From the human T2T-CHM13v2.0 reference genome, Homo sapiens, in assembly GCF_009914755.1 (NCBI RefSeq), contig NC_060940.1: a stretch of DNA of 64,000 bases; one strand, given 5' to 3'. The position numbers were made by a program, and so were the translations under genes. Below are positions 13,119 to 26,114 of the stretch, one piece after another. Position 1 is the first letter of the stretch. Each line of letters begins with the position of its first letter. A model generated the notes under the pieces. It was not told where the DNA came from and ran no database searches. It saw only the letters and a list, made by a program, of their open reading frames with translations.

Positions 13119-16100
13119 TTGATTCCATTCAAAGGTGATTTCATTCAAGTCCATTCGATAATTGCATTCGATTCCATTCTATGATGATTCCATTCGAGTC
13201 CATTTGATGATTCCATTCAATTCAAGTCAATGATGATTCCATTCGATTCCATTCGATGATTCCATTGGATTCCATTCGATGATGATTCCATTCAAATCCA
13301 TTCGATAATTCAATTCAAGTCCATTCGATGATGATTAAAATCGAATCCATTCAAAGATTCCATTCAGTTCCATTCGATGATTCCCTTAGATTCCATTCGA
13401 TGATTCCACTTGATTTCATTTACGATGATTCCATTCGATTCCATGTGATGATTCCATTCAATACTATTCAATGCTGTTTCCATTTGATTCCATTCGACCA
13501 TGATTGCCTTTGATTCCATTCAATGACTCCATTCGGTTCCTTTTGATGATGATTCCGTTCGATTCCATTTGATGATTCCATTTGATTCCATTGGATGAGT
13601 CCATTCGATTACATTCGATGATTATTCCATTCGAGTGCATTAGATGATTCCATTCGAGTCCATTCGATGATTCCATTCGATTCCATTCGATGTTGATTCT
13701 GTTCAAATCCATTCGATGATTCCACTCGATTCCATTCGATGACTCCAGTTGATCCCATTCGATGATTTCCTTTGATTCCCTTTGATGATCATTCCATTTG
13801 ATTCAATTCGGTGATTTCATTTGATTCCATTCAGTGATGTTTCCATTCGACTCCATTCGATGATGATTCCATTCGACTCCATTCGATTATGATTTCATTC
13901 AATTCCATTCGATAATGATTCCCTTCAAGTCCATTCGATGATTCCATTCGATTCCATTCAACGATGATTTGATTCGTGTCCATTCGATGATTCCATTTGA
14001 TTCCACTTGATGATGATTCCATTCGAGTCCATTTGATGATTCCATTCAATTCCATACTCCGATGATTTCTTTTGAGCCCACTCAATGCTTCCACTCGATT
14101 CCATATGATGATGACTCCATTCGATGAAATTCGATGATGATTCCATTCGCTTGCTTTCGATGATGATTCCACTTGAGTCTGTTAGAAGATTCTATTCAAT
14201 TACATTCCATGACGATTCCGTTCGAGTCCATTTGATGATTCCATTAGACTCCATTCGACGATGATTCCATTCGATGTTATTCGATGATTCCATTCGATCT
14301 CATTTGATGATGATTCCATTCAACTCCATTCGATGTTTCCATTCGAGTTCATTCTATTTTTCCATTAGATTCCATTCGATGATGATTCCATTCGATTCCA
14401 TTTGATGATTGCATTCTATTTCATTTGATGATGATTCCATTCGAGTCTACTCGATGATTCCATTCGAGTCCATTTAATGAATCCATTGGTTTCAATTCTA
14501 TGATGATTACATTGGATTCCATTCGTTGATGATTTCATTCGGTTCCATTCAATGATGATTCTATTCAATTCCTTTCAATGTTTCCATTCAATTCCATACG
14601 ATGATGATTCCATTTGATTTGTTTCGACAGTGAGCCATTCGATTCAATTCCATGATGATTCTATTTGATTCCATTGGTTGACATTTCCATTCGATTCCAT
14701 TCGATGATGATTCCCTTTGATTCCATTCAAAGATGATTCCATTCTAGCCCATTCAATCATTCCATTCGATTCTATTCAATGATGATTCCATTCATGTCGA
14801 TTTGGTGATTCCATTTGACTTCATTTGATGATGATTCCTTTCAAGTTCATTAGATGATTCCATTCGATTCCATTTGATGATGATCCCATTCGAGTCCATT
14901 CAGTGATTCCATTCGTTTCCATTCCATGATGATTCCATTCCATTCCATGCAATGATTCCATTCGATTCCGTTTGATGATGATTTCATTCGAGTCCATTTG
15001 ATGATTCCATTTGATTCCATTCGATGATGATTCCATTCGAGTCCATTCGATGATTCTATTCGAATCCATTTGATGATTTCTTTTGATTATAGTTGGTGAT
15101 GATTCCATTGGAGTCCATTCAATGATTCCATTCGATTCCAATCGATGGTGATTCCATTAGAGTCCATTTAATGATTCCATTTGATTCCAGTCTCTGATGA
15201 TTACATTCGAGTCCATACGATGATTCCACTCAATTCCATATGATGATGATTCCATTCGATTCCATTCGATGATTCCATTCTATTCTATTCAATGGTGATT
15301 CCATTCGAGTACATTAGATGATTCCATTCGATTCCATTCAATGATGATTCTATTTGTGTCCCTTAGATGATTCCACATGATTCCATTAGATGACGATACT
15401 ATTTCAGCCCATCCAATGATTCCCTTCGATTCCATTCGATGAGGACTCCATTCGATTCAATTCATTGGTGATTCTATTCAATTCAATTCTTTGATTCCAT
15501 TCCATTCCATTCGACAATGATTCCATTCGATTTCTTTCGATGATTCCACTCGATTCCACTTGACATTGATTCCCTTCGATTCCGTTCAATGATTCCATTT
15601 GATTCCAGTGGACGATGATTGCCATCGATTCCATTCGATCACTCCATTCTATTCCATTTGATGATGATTACATTCGATTCCATTTGACGATTCCATCTGA
15701 TTCTATTCGAGGATTCCATTTGATTCCATTCGATGATGATTCCATTCGAGTCCATTCGATGATTTCATTCGAGTACATCCAATGATTCCATTCGAGTCCA
15801 TTTGATGATTCCGTTTGATTCCATTTGATAATGATTCTACTAGAGTCCATTCAATGACTCCATTCGAGTCCATTCAACAATTCCATTCGACTCCATTTGA
15901 TGATTCCATTCGATTCCATTTGATGATTCCATTCGAGTCCATTTAATCATTACAGTCGAGTCCATTTGGTGATTCCACCGGATTTCTTTTGATAATGATA
16001 CCATTCAGTTACATTTGATGATGATCCCATTCAATTTCATTTGATGATGATTCCATTAGAGTCCATTCGATGATTTCATTCGAGTCCCTTCATTGATTCC

Positions 16101-19100
16101 ATCCGATTTCATTGGATGATGACTCCATTCGAGTCCATTCGATGATTCCACTCGATTCCATTAGATGATTCCATTGGAGTCCATTTGATTGTTCCATTCG
16201 ATTCTATTCGATTCCTTTCGAAGATTATTCCATTTGAGTCCATTCGATGATGATTCCATTCCATTCCATTCGATGATTCCGTTTGATTCCATTCGATGAT
16301 TCCCTTCGATTCCTTTCTTTGATGATTCCATTCCATTCCATTCAATGATTCCATTCGAATCTATTCCATGATGATTCCTTTCGATTCCATTCGCTGATGT
16401 TTCCGTTCAATTCCATTCGATGATGATTCCATTCGATTCCATTCATTGAGGATTCCATTTGATTCCATTCAATGATGATTCCATTCTATTCCATTCAATG
16501 ATTGCATTCAATTCCATTCAATGATTATCCCATTAGAGTAAACTCAAAGATTCCATTCAATACCATTCGATGATGATTCCTTTTGAGTCCATTCAATGAT
16601 TTCATTCAAGTCCATTTGATGATTCCTTTCAATTCCATTCTATGATGATTCCATTCGAGTCCATTCGATGATTCCATTCGATTGCATTCGATGATTCCAT
16701 TATATTCCATTCAACGATGATTCCATTCGAGTCCATTCGATGATTCCATTAGAGTACATTTAATGATTGCTTTGTTTTCAATTCGAAGATGATTACATTG
16801 GATTCCATTCTATGATACCATTCGATTCCATTCAATGATGATTCCACTAAAATCCATTGGATGATTCCATTCGTGTCCATTCGGTGATTTCATTAGATTC
16901 CATTCGAGGATGATTCCATTTGATTCCATTCGATGATTCCATTCAATTCTATTCGATGATGATTCCATTCCAGTCCATATGATCATTCCATTTGATTTCA
17001 TTCGATGATGATTCCATTCGATTCCATTCGATGATTCCATTCTATTCCATTCGATGATGATTCCATTCGAGTCCATTCGATGATTCCATTCGAGTCCATT
17101 TAATGATTCCATTGGGTTCAATTCAATGATGATTACATTGGATTCCGTTCTATGATTCCATTCAATTCCGTTCATTGACAATTTGATTCCATTCGATGAT
17201 GATTCCATTTGAGTTCATTCGATGATTCTATTCGATTCTCTTCGATGGTGATTCAATTCTATTATATTGGATGATTCCATTCGATTCCATTTGATGTTGA
17301 TTCAATTCGATTCTATTCGATGATGATTCCATTGGATTTCACTTGATGATTCTATTCGATTCCATTCAATGATGATTCACTTCTCGTCCATTGGATGATT
17401 CCATTTCATTCCATTCGATGATGATTCCATTCGATTCCATTCGATGATTCCATTTGATTCCATGCGACGGTGAGCAATTCGATTCAATTCCATGATGATT
17501 CTATTTGATTCAATTAGATGATGTTTCCATTCGAATCCATTCCATGATTATTCCATTGGAATCCATTTGGCGATGATTCCATATGAGTCAATTCAATGAT
17601 GATTCCATATGGGTCCGTTCGATGATAATTCCATTTGATTTCATTCGATGCTTCTATTCTATTCCAGTCGATGATGATTCCGTTGGAGTCCATACGATGA
17701 TTCCATTTGATTTCATTTGATGATGATTCCATTCGATGATGATTACATTGGATTCCATTCTATGATTCCATTCAATTCCATTCGTTGATGATTCGATTCC
17801 ATTCAATGATGATTCCATTTGAGTTCATTCGATGATTCTATTCGATTCCGTTCGATGGTGATTCAATTCTATTATATTGGATGATTCCACTCGATTCCAT
17901 TTGATGATTATTCCATTGGAGTCCACTTAGTGAATCCTTTAGATTCTACTCGAAGATGATTCCATTCGAGTCCATTCAATGATACCATTCAATTTCATTC
18001 GTTGATGCTTCCATTCAAGTGCATTCGATGATATCATTCGATTCCATTTGATGATAATTCCATTTGATTCCATGCGATGATTCTATTCGATTCCATTCAA
18101 TGATAATTCCATTCAATTCAGTGATTCCTCTGGACTCCATTTGATGATGATTCCATTCAATGATTCCATTCGATTCTATTCCAAAATGATTCCATTTGAA
18201 TCCATTTGATGATGATTCCATTAGATTCCATTTGATGATTCCATTCGATTGCATTTGACGATGATTCCATTCGATTCCATTTGATGATTCCATTCTATTC
18301 TATTCGATGATGATTCCATTCGATTCCATTTGATGATGATTGGATTCGATTCCATTTGATGATTTCATTTGATTCCATTCGTTAATGATTTCGATCAACT
18401 CCATTCGATGATTCCATTTGATTCCATTCGATAATGATTACATCCGAGTCCATTCGATGATTCCATTTGAGCCCGTTCGATAATTGCATTTGAGTCCAAT
18501 AAATGATTCCATTCATTTCCATTCAATGATTCCATTCGAGTCCATTTGATCATTCCGGTAGGGTCCGTTCGATGTTGATTCCATTGGAGTGCATTCGATG
18601 ATTCCATTCGAGTCCATTTTACGATTTGATTCGAGTCCTTTCGATGATTCCATTCGATTCCACTCGATGATGATTTCATTCGAGTCCATTCGACACTTCC
18701 AATCGATTCCATTTGATGTTTCCATTCGAGTCCAATTGATGATTCCATTCAATTCCATTCGATGATGATTCCGTACGATTCCATTCTGTGATGATTCCAT
18801 GTGATTGCATTCCATGATGATTCCTTTCGATTGCATTCGATTATGATTCATTTCGTGTTCATTCTATGGTTCCACAGGTTTCCATTCGATGACGTTTCCG
18901 TTCGTGTCCATTCCATTATTCCATTCTATTTCATTTGATGATGATTCCATTCGATTCCATTCATTGGTGATTCCACTCAATTCCATTCAATGATTCCATT
19001 CCATTTCTTTCAACAATGATTCCATTAGTTTCTATTCGATGATCCACTTGATTCCATTTGGCGATGATTCCATTCGTGTCCATTCGATGATTCCATTTGA

Positions 19101-19246
19101 TTCCATATGATGATGATTCCATTCGATTCCATACCATGATGATTCCATTCGAGTCCATTCAATGGTGATTCCATTCAATTCCATTCGATGATTCCTTCCG
19201 ATTCCATTCGATGATGATGGCATTCGATTCCTTTCAATCATTCCCT
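13119..19246 (+). repeat. Higher-order unit 3, 6128 bp (6112 + 16)
   Basis: Marker ORF ends at 13128 and 19256; extra ATGACGTTTCCGTTCG at 18889-18904. Confidence 0.92.
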
Positions 19247-22200
19247 TTGATTCCATTCAAAGGTGATTTCATTCAAGTCCATTCGATAATTGCATTCGAT
19301 TCCATTCTATGATGATTCCATTCGAGTCCATTTGATGATTCCATTCAATTCAAGTCAATGATGATTCCATTCAATTCCACTCGATGATTCCATTGGATTC
19401 CATTCGATGATGATTCCATTCAAATCCATTCGATAATTCAATTCAAGTCCATTCGATGATGATTCCAATCGAATCCATTCAAAGATTCCATTCAATTCCA
19501 TTCGATGATGATTCCCTTAGATTCCATTCGATGATTCCACTTGATTCCATTTACGATGATTCCATTCGATTCCATGTGATGAATCCATTCAATTCTATTC
19601 AATGATGTTTCCATTTGATTCCATTGGACCATGATTGCCTTTGATTCCATTCAATGATTCCATTCGGTTCCATTTGATGATGATTCCGTTCGATTCCATT
19701 TCATTATTCCATTTAATTCCATTGGATGAGTCCATTCGATTACATTCGATGATTATTCCATTCGAGTGCATTAGATGATTGCATTCGAGTCCATTCGATG
19801 ATTCCATTCGATTCCATTCGATGTTGATTCTGTTCAAATCCATTCGATGATTCCACTCGATTCCATTCGATGACTCCATTTGATCCCATTCGATGATTTC
19901 CTGTGATTCCCTTTGATGATCATTCTATTTGATTCAATTCGGTGATTTCATTTCATTCCATTCAGTGATGTTTCCATTCGACTGTATTCGATGATGATTC
20001 CATTCGACTCCATTCGATTATGATTTCATTCAATTCCATTCAATAATGATTCCCTTCGAGTCCATTCGATGATTCCATTCGATTCCATTCAACGATGATT
20101 TGATTCGTTTCCATTCGATGATTCTATTTGATTCCACTTGATGATGATTCCATTCGAGTCCATTTGATGATTCCATTCGAGTCTATTTATGTATTATATT
20201 CGTGTCCACTTCATGATTCCATTCAATTCCATTTAATGTTGATTCCATTTGATTCCATTTGATGATTCAGTTCGATTCCTTGCAATGATTCCCTACGATT
20301 CCTTTCTCTGATGATTCCATTCGATTCCATTCATTGATGATTTCATTCGACTCCATTCGATGATGATTCCTTTCGATTCCATTTGACGATGTTTCCATTC
20401 GAGTCCATTCGATGATGATTCTATTCAATTCTGTTCTATTATGATTCCATTCGATTTCATTCAATGTTTCTATTTGATTCTATTCGATGATGATTCCATC
20501 TCTTTCCCTTCGATGATTCCTTTTGATTCCATTCAGTGATGATTCCATTTGATTCCATCTGATGATGATTTCACTTGATTCCTTTCAATGATGATTCAAT
20601 TCAAGTCCATTCGATGATTCCATTGGAGTCCAAACGATCATTCCGTTCGATTCCATTCAATGGTGATTCCATTCATGTCCATTCGATGAATCCATTCAAT
20701 TCCATTCGATGATGACTCCATTCGAGTACATTCGATGATTCCATTTGATTCCATTTGAAGATGATTCCATTCAATTCCATTCGAAGATGATTCCATTCAA
20801 TTCCATTCGATGATGATTCCGTATGAATCCATTCTCTGATTATTCCATTCGATTCCATTCATTGACGATTCCATTCAATTCCATTCAATGATGATTCTCT
20901 TCTATTCCATTCGATGATTCCGGTCGATTCCATTCGATGATGATTCCATTAGATTCCATTCGATTGTTGCATTCGATTCCCTTCGATGATGATTCCTTTG
21001 AATTCCATTCGATTATCATTCCGTATGAATCCATTTGATGATTATTCCATTGGATTCCTTTCGATGATGATTCCATTCGAGTCCATTCGATGATTCTATT
21101 CGAATCCATTTGATGATTTCTTTTGATTATAGTTGTTGATGATTCCTTTGGAGTCCATTCCATGATTCCATTCGATTCCAATCGATGATGATTCCATTAG
21201 TGTCCATTTAATGATTCCATTTGATTCCAGTCTCTGATGATTACATTCGAGTCCATACGATGATTCCACTCAATTCCATATGATGATGATTCCATTCGAT
21301 TCCATTCGATGATTCCATTCTATTCTATTCAATGGTGATTCCATTCGAGTACATTAGATGATTCCATTCGATTCCATTCAATGATGATTCTATTTGTGTC
21401 CCTTACATGGTTCCACATGATTCCATTAGATGATGATACTATTTGAGCCCATCCAATGATTCCCTTCGATTCCATTCGATGAGGATTCCATTCGATTCAA
21501 TTCATTGGTGATTCTATTCAATTCAATTCTTTGATTCCATTCCATTCCATTCGACAATGATTCCATTCGATTTCTTTCGATGATTCCACTCGATTCCACT
21601 TGACATTGATTCCATTCGATTCCATTCAATGATTCCGTTTGATTCCAGTGGATGATGATTGCCATCGATTCCATTCGATCACTCCATTCTATTCCATTTG
21701 ATGATGATTACATTCGATTCCATTTGATGATTCCATCTGATTCTATTCGAGGATTCCATTTGATTCCATTCGATGATGATTCCATTTGAGTCCATTCGAT
21801 GATTTCATTCGAGTACATCCAATGATTCCATTCGAGTCCATTTGATGATTCCATTTGATTCCATTTGATTATGATTCTACTAGAGTCCATTCAATGACTC
21901 CATTCGAATCCATTCAACAATTCCATTCGAGTCCATTCGAAGATTCCATTTCATGATTCCATTCGAGTCCACTTAATCATTACAGTCGAGTCCGTTTGGT
22001 GATTCCACTGGATTTCTTTTGATAATGATACCATTCCATTACATTTGATGATGATCCCATTCAATTTCATTTGATGATGATTCCATTAGAGTCCATTCAA
22101 TGATTTCATTCGAGTCCCTTCATTGATTCCATACGATTTCATTGGATGATGACTCCATTCGAGTCCATTCGATGATTCCACTCGATTCCATTAGATGATT

Positions 22201-25200
22201 CCATTGGAGTCCATTTGATTGTTCCATTCGATTCCATTCAATTCCTTTCGAAGATTATTCCATTTGAGTCCATTCGACGATGATTCCATTCCATTCCATT
22301 CGATGATTCCGTTTGATTCCATTCGATGATTCCCTTTGATTCCTTTCTATGATGATTCCATTCCATTCCATTCAATGATTCCATTCGAATCTATTCCATG
22401 ATGATTCCTTTCGATTCCATTCGCTGATGTTTCCGTTCAATTCCATTCGATGATGATTCCATTCGATTCCATTCATTGAGGATTCCATTGGATTCCATTC
22501 AATGATGATTCCATTCTATTCCATTCAATGATTGCATTCAATTCCATTCAATGATTATCCCCTTAGAGTAAACTCAACGATTCCATTCAATACCATTCGA
22601 TGATGATTCCTTTTGAGTCCATTCAATGATTTCATTCAAGTCCATTTGATGATTCCTTTCAATTCCATTCTATGATGATTCCATTCGAGTCCATTCGATG
22701 ATTCCATTCGATTGCATTCGATGATTCCCTTATATTCCATTCAACGATGATTCCATTCGAGTCCATTCGATGATTCCATTAGAGTACATTTAATGATTGC
22801 TTTGTTTTCAATTCGAAGATGATTACATTGGATTCCATTCTTTGATACCATTCGATTCCATTCAATGATGATTCCACTCAAATCCATTGGATGATTCCAT
22901 TCGTGTCCATTCGGTGATTTCATTAGATTCTATTCGAGGATGATTCCATTCGATGATTCCATTCAATTCCATTCGATGATGATTCCATTCCAGTCCATAT
23001 GATCATTCCATTTGATTTCATTCGATGATGATTCCATTCGATTCCATTTGATGATTGCATTCTATTTCATTTGATGATGATTCCATTCGAGTGCACTCGA
23101 TGATTCCATTCGAGTCCATTTAATGAATCAATTGGTTTCAATTCTATGATGATTACATTGGATTCCATTCGTTGATGATTTCATTCGGTTCCATTCAATG
23201 ATGATTCCATTCAATTCCTTTCAATGTTTCCATTCAATTCCATACGATGATGATTCCATTTGATTTGATTCAACAGTGAGCCATTCGATTCAATTCCATG
23301 ATGATCCTATTTGATTCAATTTGTGGACATTTCCATTCGATTCCATTCGATGATGATTCCCTTTGATTCCATTCAAAGATGATTCCATTCTAGCCCATTC
23401 AATCATTCCATTCGATTCTATTCAATGATGATTCCATTCATGTCGATTTGGTGATTCCATTTGACTTCATTTGATGATGATTCCTTTCAAGTTCATTAGA
23501 TGATTCCATTCGATTCCATTTGATGATGATCCCATTCGAGTCCATTCAGTGATTCCACTCGTTTCCATTCCATGATGATTCCATTCCATTCCATTCAATG
23601 ATTCCATTCGATTCCGTTGGATGATGATTTCATTCGAGTCCATTTGATGATTCCATTTGATTCCATTCGATGATGATTCCATTCGAGTCCATTCGATGAT
23701 TCTATTCGAATCCATTTGATGATTTCTTTTGATTATAGTTGGTGATGATTCCATTGGAGTCCATTCAATGATTCCATTCGATTCCAATCGATGGTGATTC
23801 CATTAGAGTCCATTTAATGATTCCATTTGATTCCAGTCTCTGATGATTACATTCGAGTCCATACGATGATTCCACTCAATTCCATATGATGATGATTCCA
23901 TTCTATTCCATTCGATGATTCCATTCTATTCTATTCGATAATGATTCCATTCGAGTCCATTCGATGATTCCATTCGAGTCCATTTAATGATTCCATTGCG
24001 TTCAATTCAATGATGATTACATTGGATTCCGTTCTATGATTCCATTCAATTCCGTTCATTGACAATTTGATTCCATTCGATGATGATTCCATTTGAGTTC
24101 ATTCGATGATTCTATTCGATTCTCTTCGATGGTGATTCAATTCTATTATATTGGATGATTCCATTCGATTCCATTTGATGTTGATTCAATTCGATTCTAT
24201 TCGATGATGATTCCATTGGATTTCACTTGATGATTCTATTCGATTCCATTCAATGATGATTCACTTCTCGTCCATTGGATGATTCCATTTCATTCCATTC
24301 GATGATGATTCCATTCGATTCCATTCGATGATTCCATTTGATTCCATGCGACGGTGAGCAATTCGATTCAATTCCATGATGATTCTATTTGATTCAATTA
24401 GATGATGTTTCCATTCGAATCCATTCCATGATTATTCCATTGGAATCCATTCGGCGATGATTCCATATGAGTCAATTCAATGATGATTCCATATGGGTCC
24501 GTTCGATGATAATTCCATTTGATTTCATTCGATGCTTCTATTCTATTCCAGTCGATGATGATTCCGTTGGAGTCCATACGATGATTCCATTTGATTTCAT
24601 TTGATGATGATTCCATTCGATGATGATTACATTGGATTCCATTCTATGATTCCATTCAATTCCATTCGTTGATGATTCGATTCCATTCAATGATGATTCC
24701 ATTTGAGTTCATTCGATGATTCTATTCGATTCCGTTCGATGGTGATTCAATTCTATTATATTGGATGATTCCACTCGATTCCATTTGATGATTATTCCAT
24801 TGGAGTCCACTTAGTGAATCCTTTAGATTCTACTCGACGATGATTCCATTCGAGTCCATTCGATGATACCATTCAATTCCATTCGTTGATGCTTCCATTC
24901 AAGTGCATTCGATGATATCATTCGATTCCATTTGATGATAATTCCATTTGATTCCATGCGATGATTCTATTCGATTCCATTCAATGATAATTCCATTCAA
25001 TTCAGTGATTCCTCTGGACTCCATTTGATGATGATTCCATTCAATGATTCCATTCGATTCTATTCGAAAATGATTCCATTTGAATCCATTTGATGATGAT
25101 TCCATTAGATTCCATTTGATGATTCCATTCGATTCCATTCGACGATGATTCCATTCGATTCCATTTGATGATTCCATTCTATTCTATTCGATGATGATTC

Positions 25201-26114
25201 CATTCGATCCCATTCGATGATGATTGGATTCGATTCCATTTGATGATTTCATTTGATTCCATTCGTTAATGATTTCGATCAATTCCATTCGATGATTCCA
25301 TTCGATTCCATTCGATAATGATTACATCCGAGTCCATTCGATGATTCCCTTTGAGCCTGTTCGATAATTCCATTTGAGTCCAACCAATGATTCCATTCAT
25401 TTCCATTCAATGATTCCATTCGAGTCCATTTGATCATTCCGGTAGGGTCCATTCGATGTTGATTCCATTGGAGTGCATTCGATGATTCCATTCGAGTCCA
25501 TTTTAGGATTTGATTCGAGTCCTTTCGATGATTCCATTCGATTCCACTCGATGATGATTTCATTCGAGTCCATTCGACACTTCCAATCGATTCCATTTGA
25601 TGATTCCATTCGAGTCCAATTGATGATTCCATTCAATTCCATTCGATGATGATTCCGTACGATTCCATTCTGTGATGATTCCATGTGATTGCATTCAATG
25701 ATGATTCCTTTCGATTGCATTCGATTATGATTCATTTCGTGTTCATTCTATGGTTCCACAGGTTTCCATTCGTGTCCATTCCATTATTCCATTCTATTCC
25801 ATTTGATGATGATTCCATTCGATTCCATTCATTGGTGATTCCACTCAATTCCATTCAATGATTCCATTCCATTTCTTTCAACAATGATTCCATTAGTTTC
25901 TAATCGATGATCCACTTGATTCCATTTGACGACGATTCCATTCTTGTCCATTCGATGATTCCATTTGATTCCATATGATGATGATTCCATTCGATTCCAT
26001 ACCATGATGATTCCATTCGAGTCCATTCAATGGTGATTCCATTCAATTCCATTCGATGATTCCTTTTGATTCCATTCGATGATGATGGCATTCGATTCCT
26101 TTCAATCATTCCCT
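19247..26114 (+). repeat. Higher-order unit 4, 6868 bp, rearranged mosaic unit
   Basis: Marker ORF ends at 19256 and 26124; offsets against unit 5 change by +3, -91, -10, -10, +2626 and -1762 (net +756). Confidence 0.88.

Noticed and set aside
20179-21060. Transposon insertion as the source of the unique segment
   Set aside because: The segment is still HSat2-patterned, has no poly-A, target-site duplication or terminal repeats, and replaces sequence rather than adding it.
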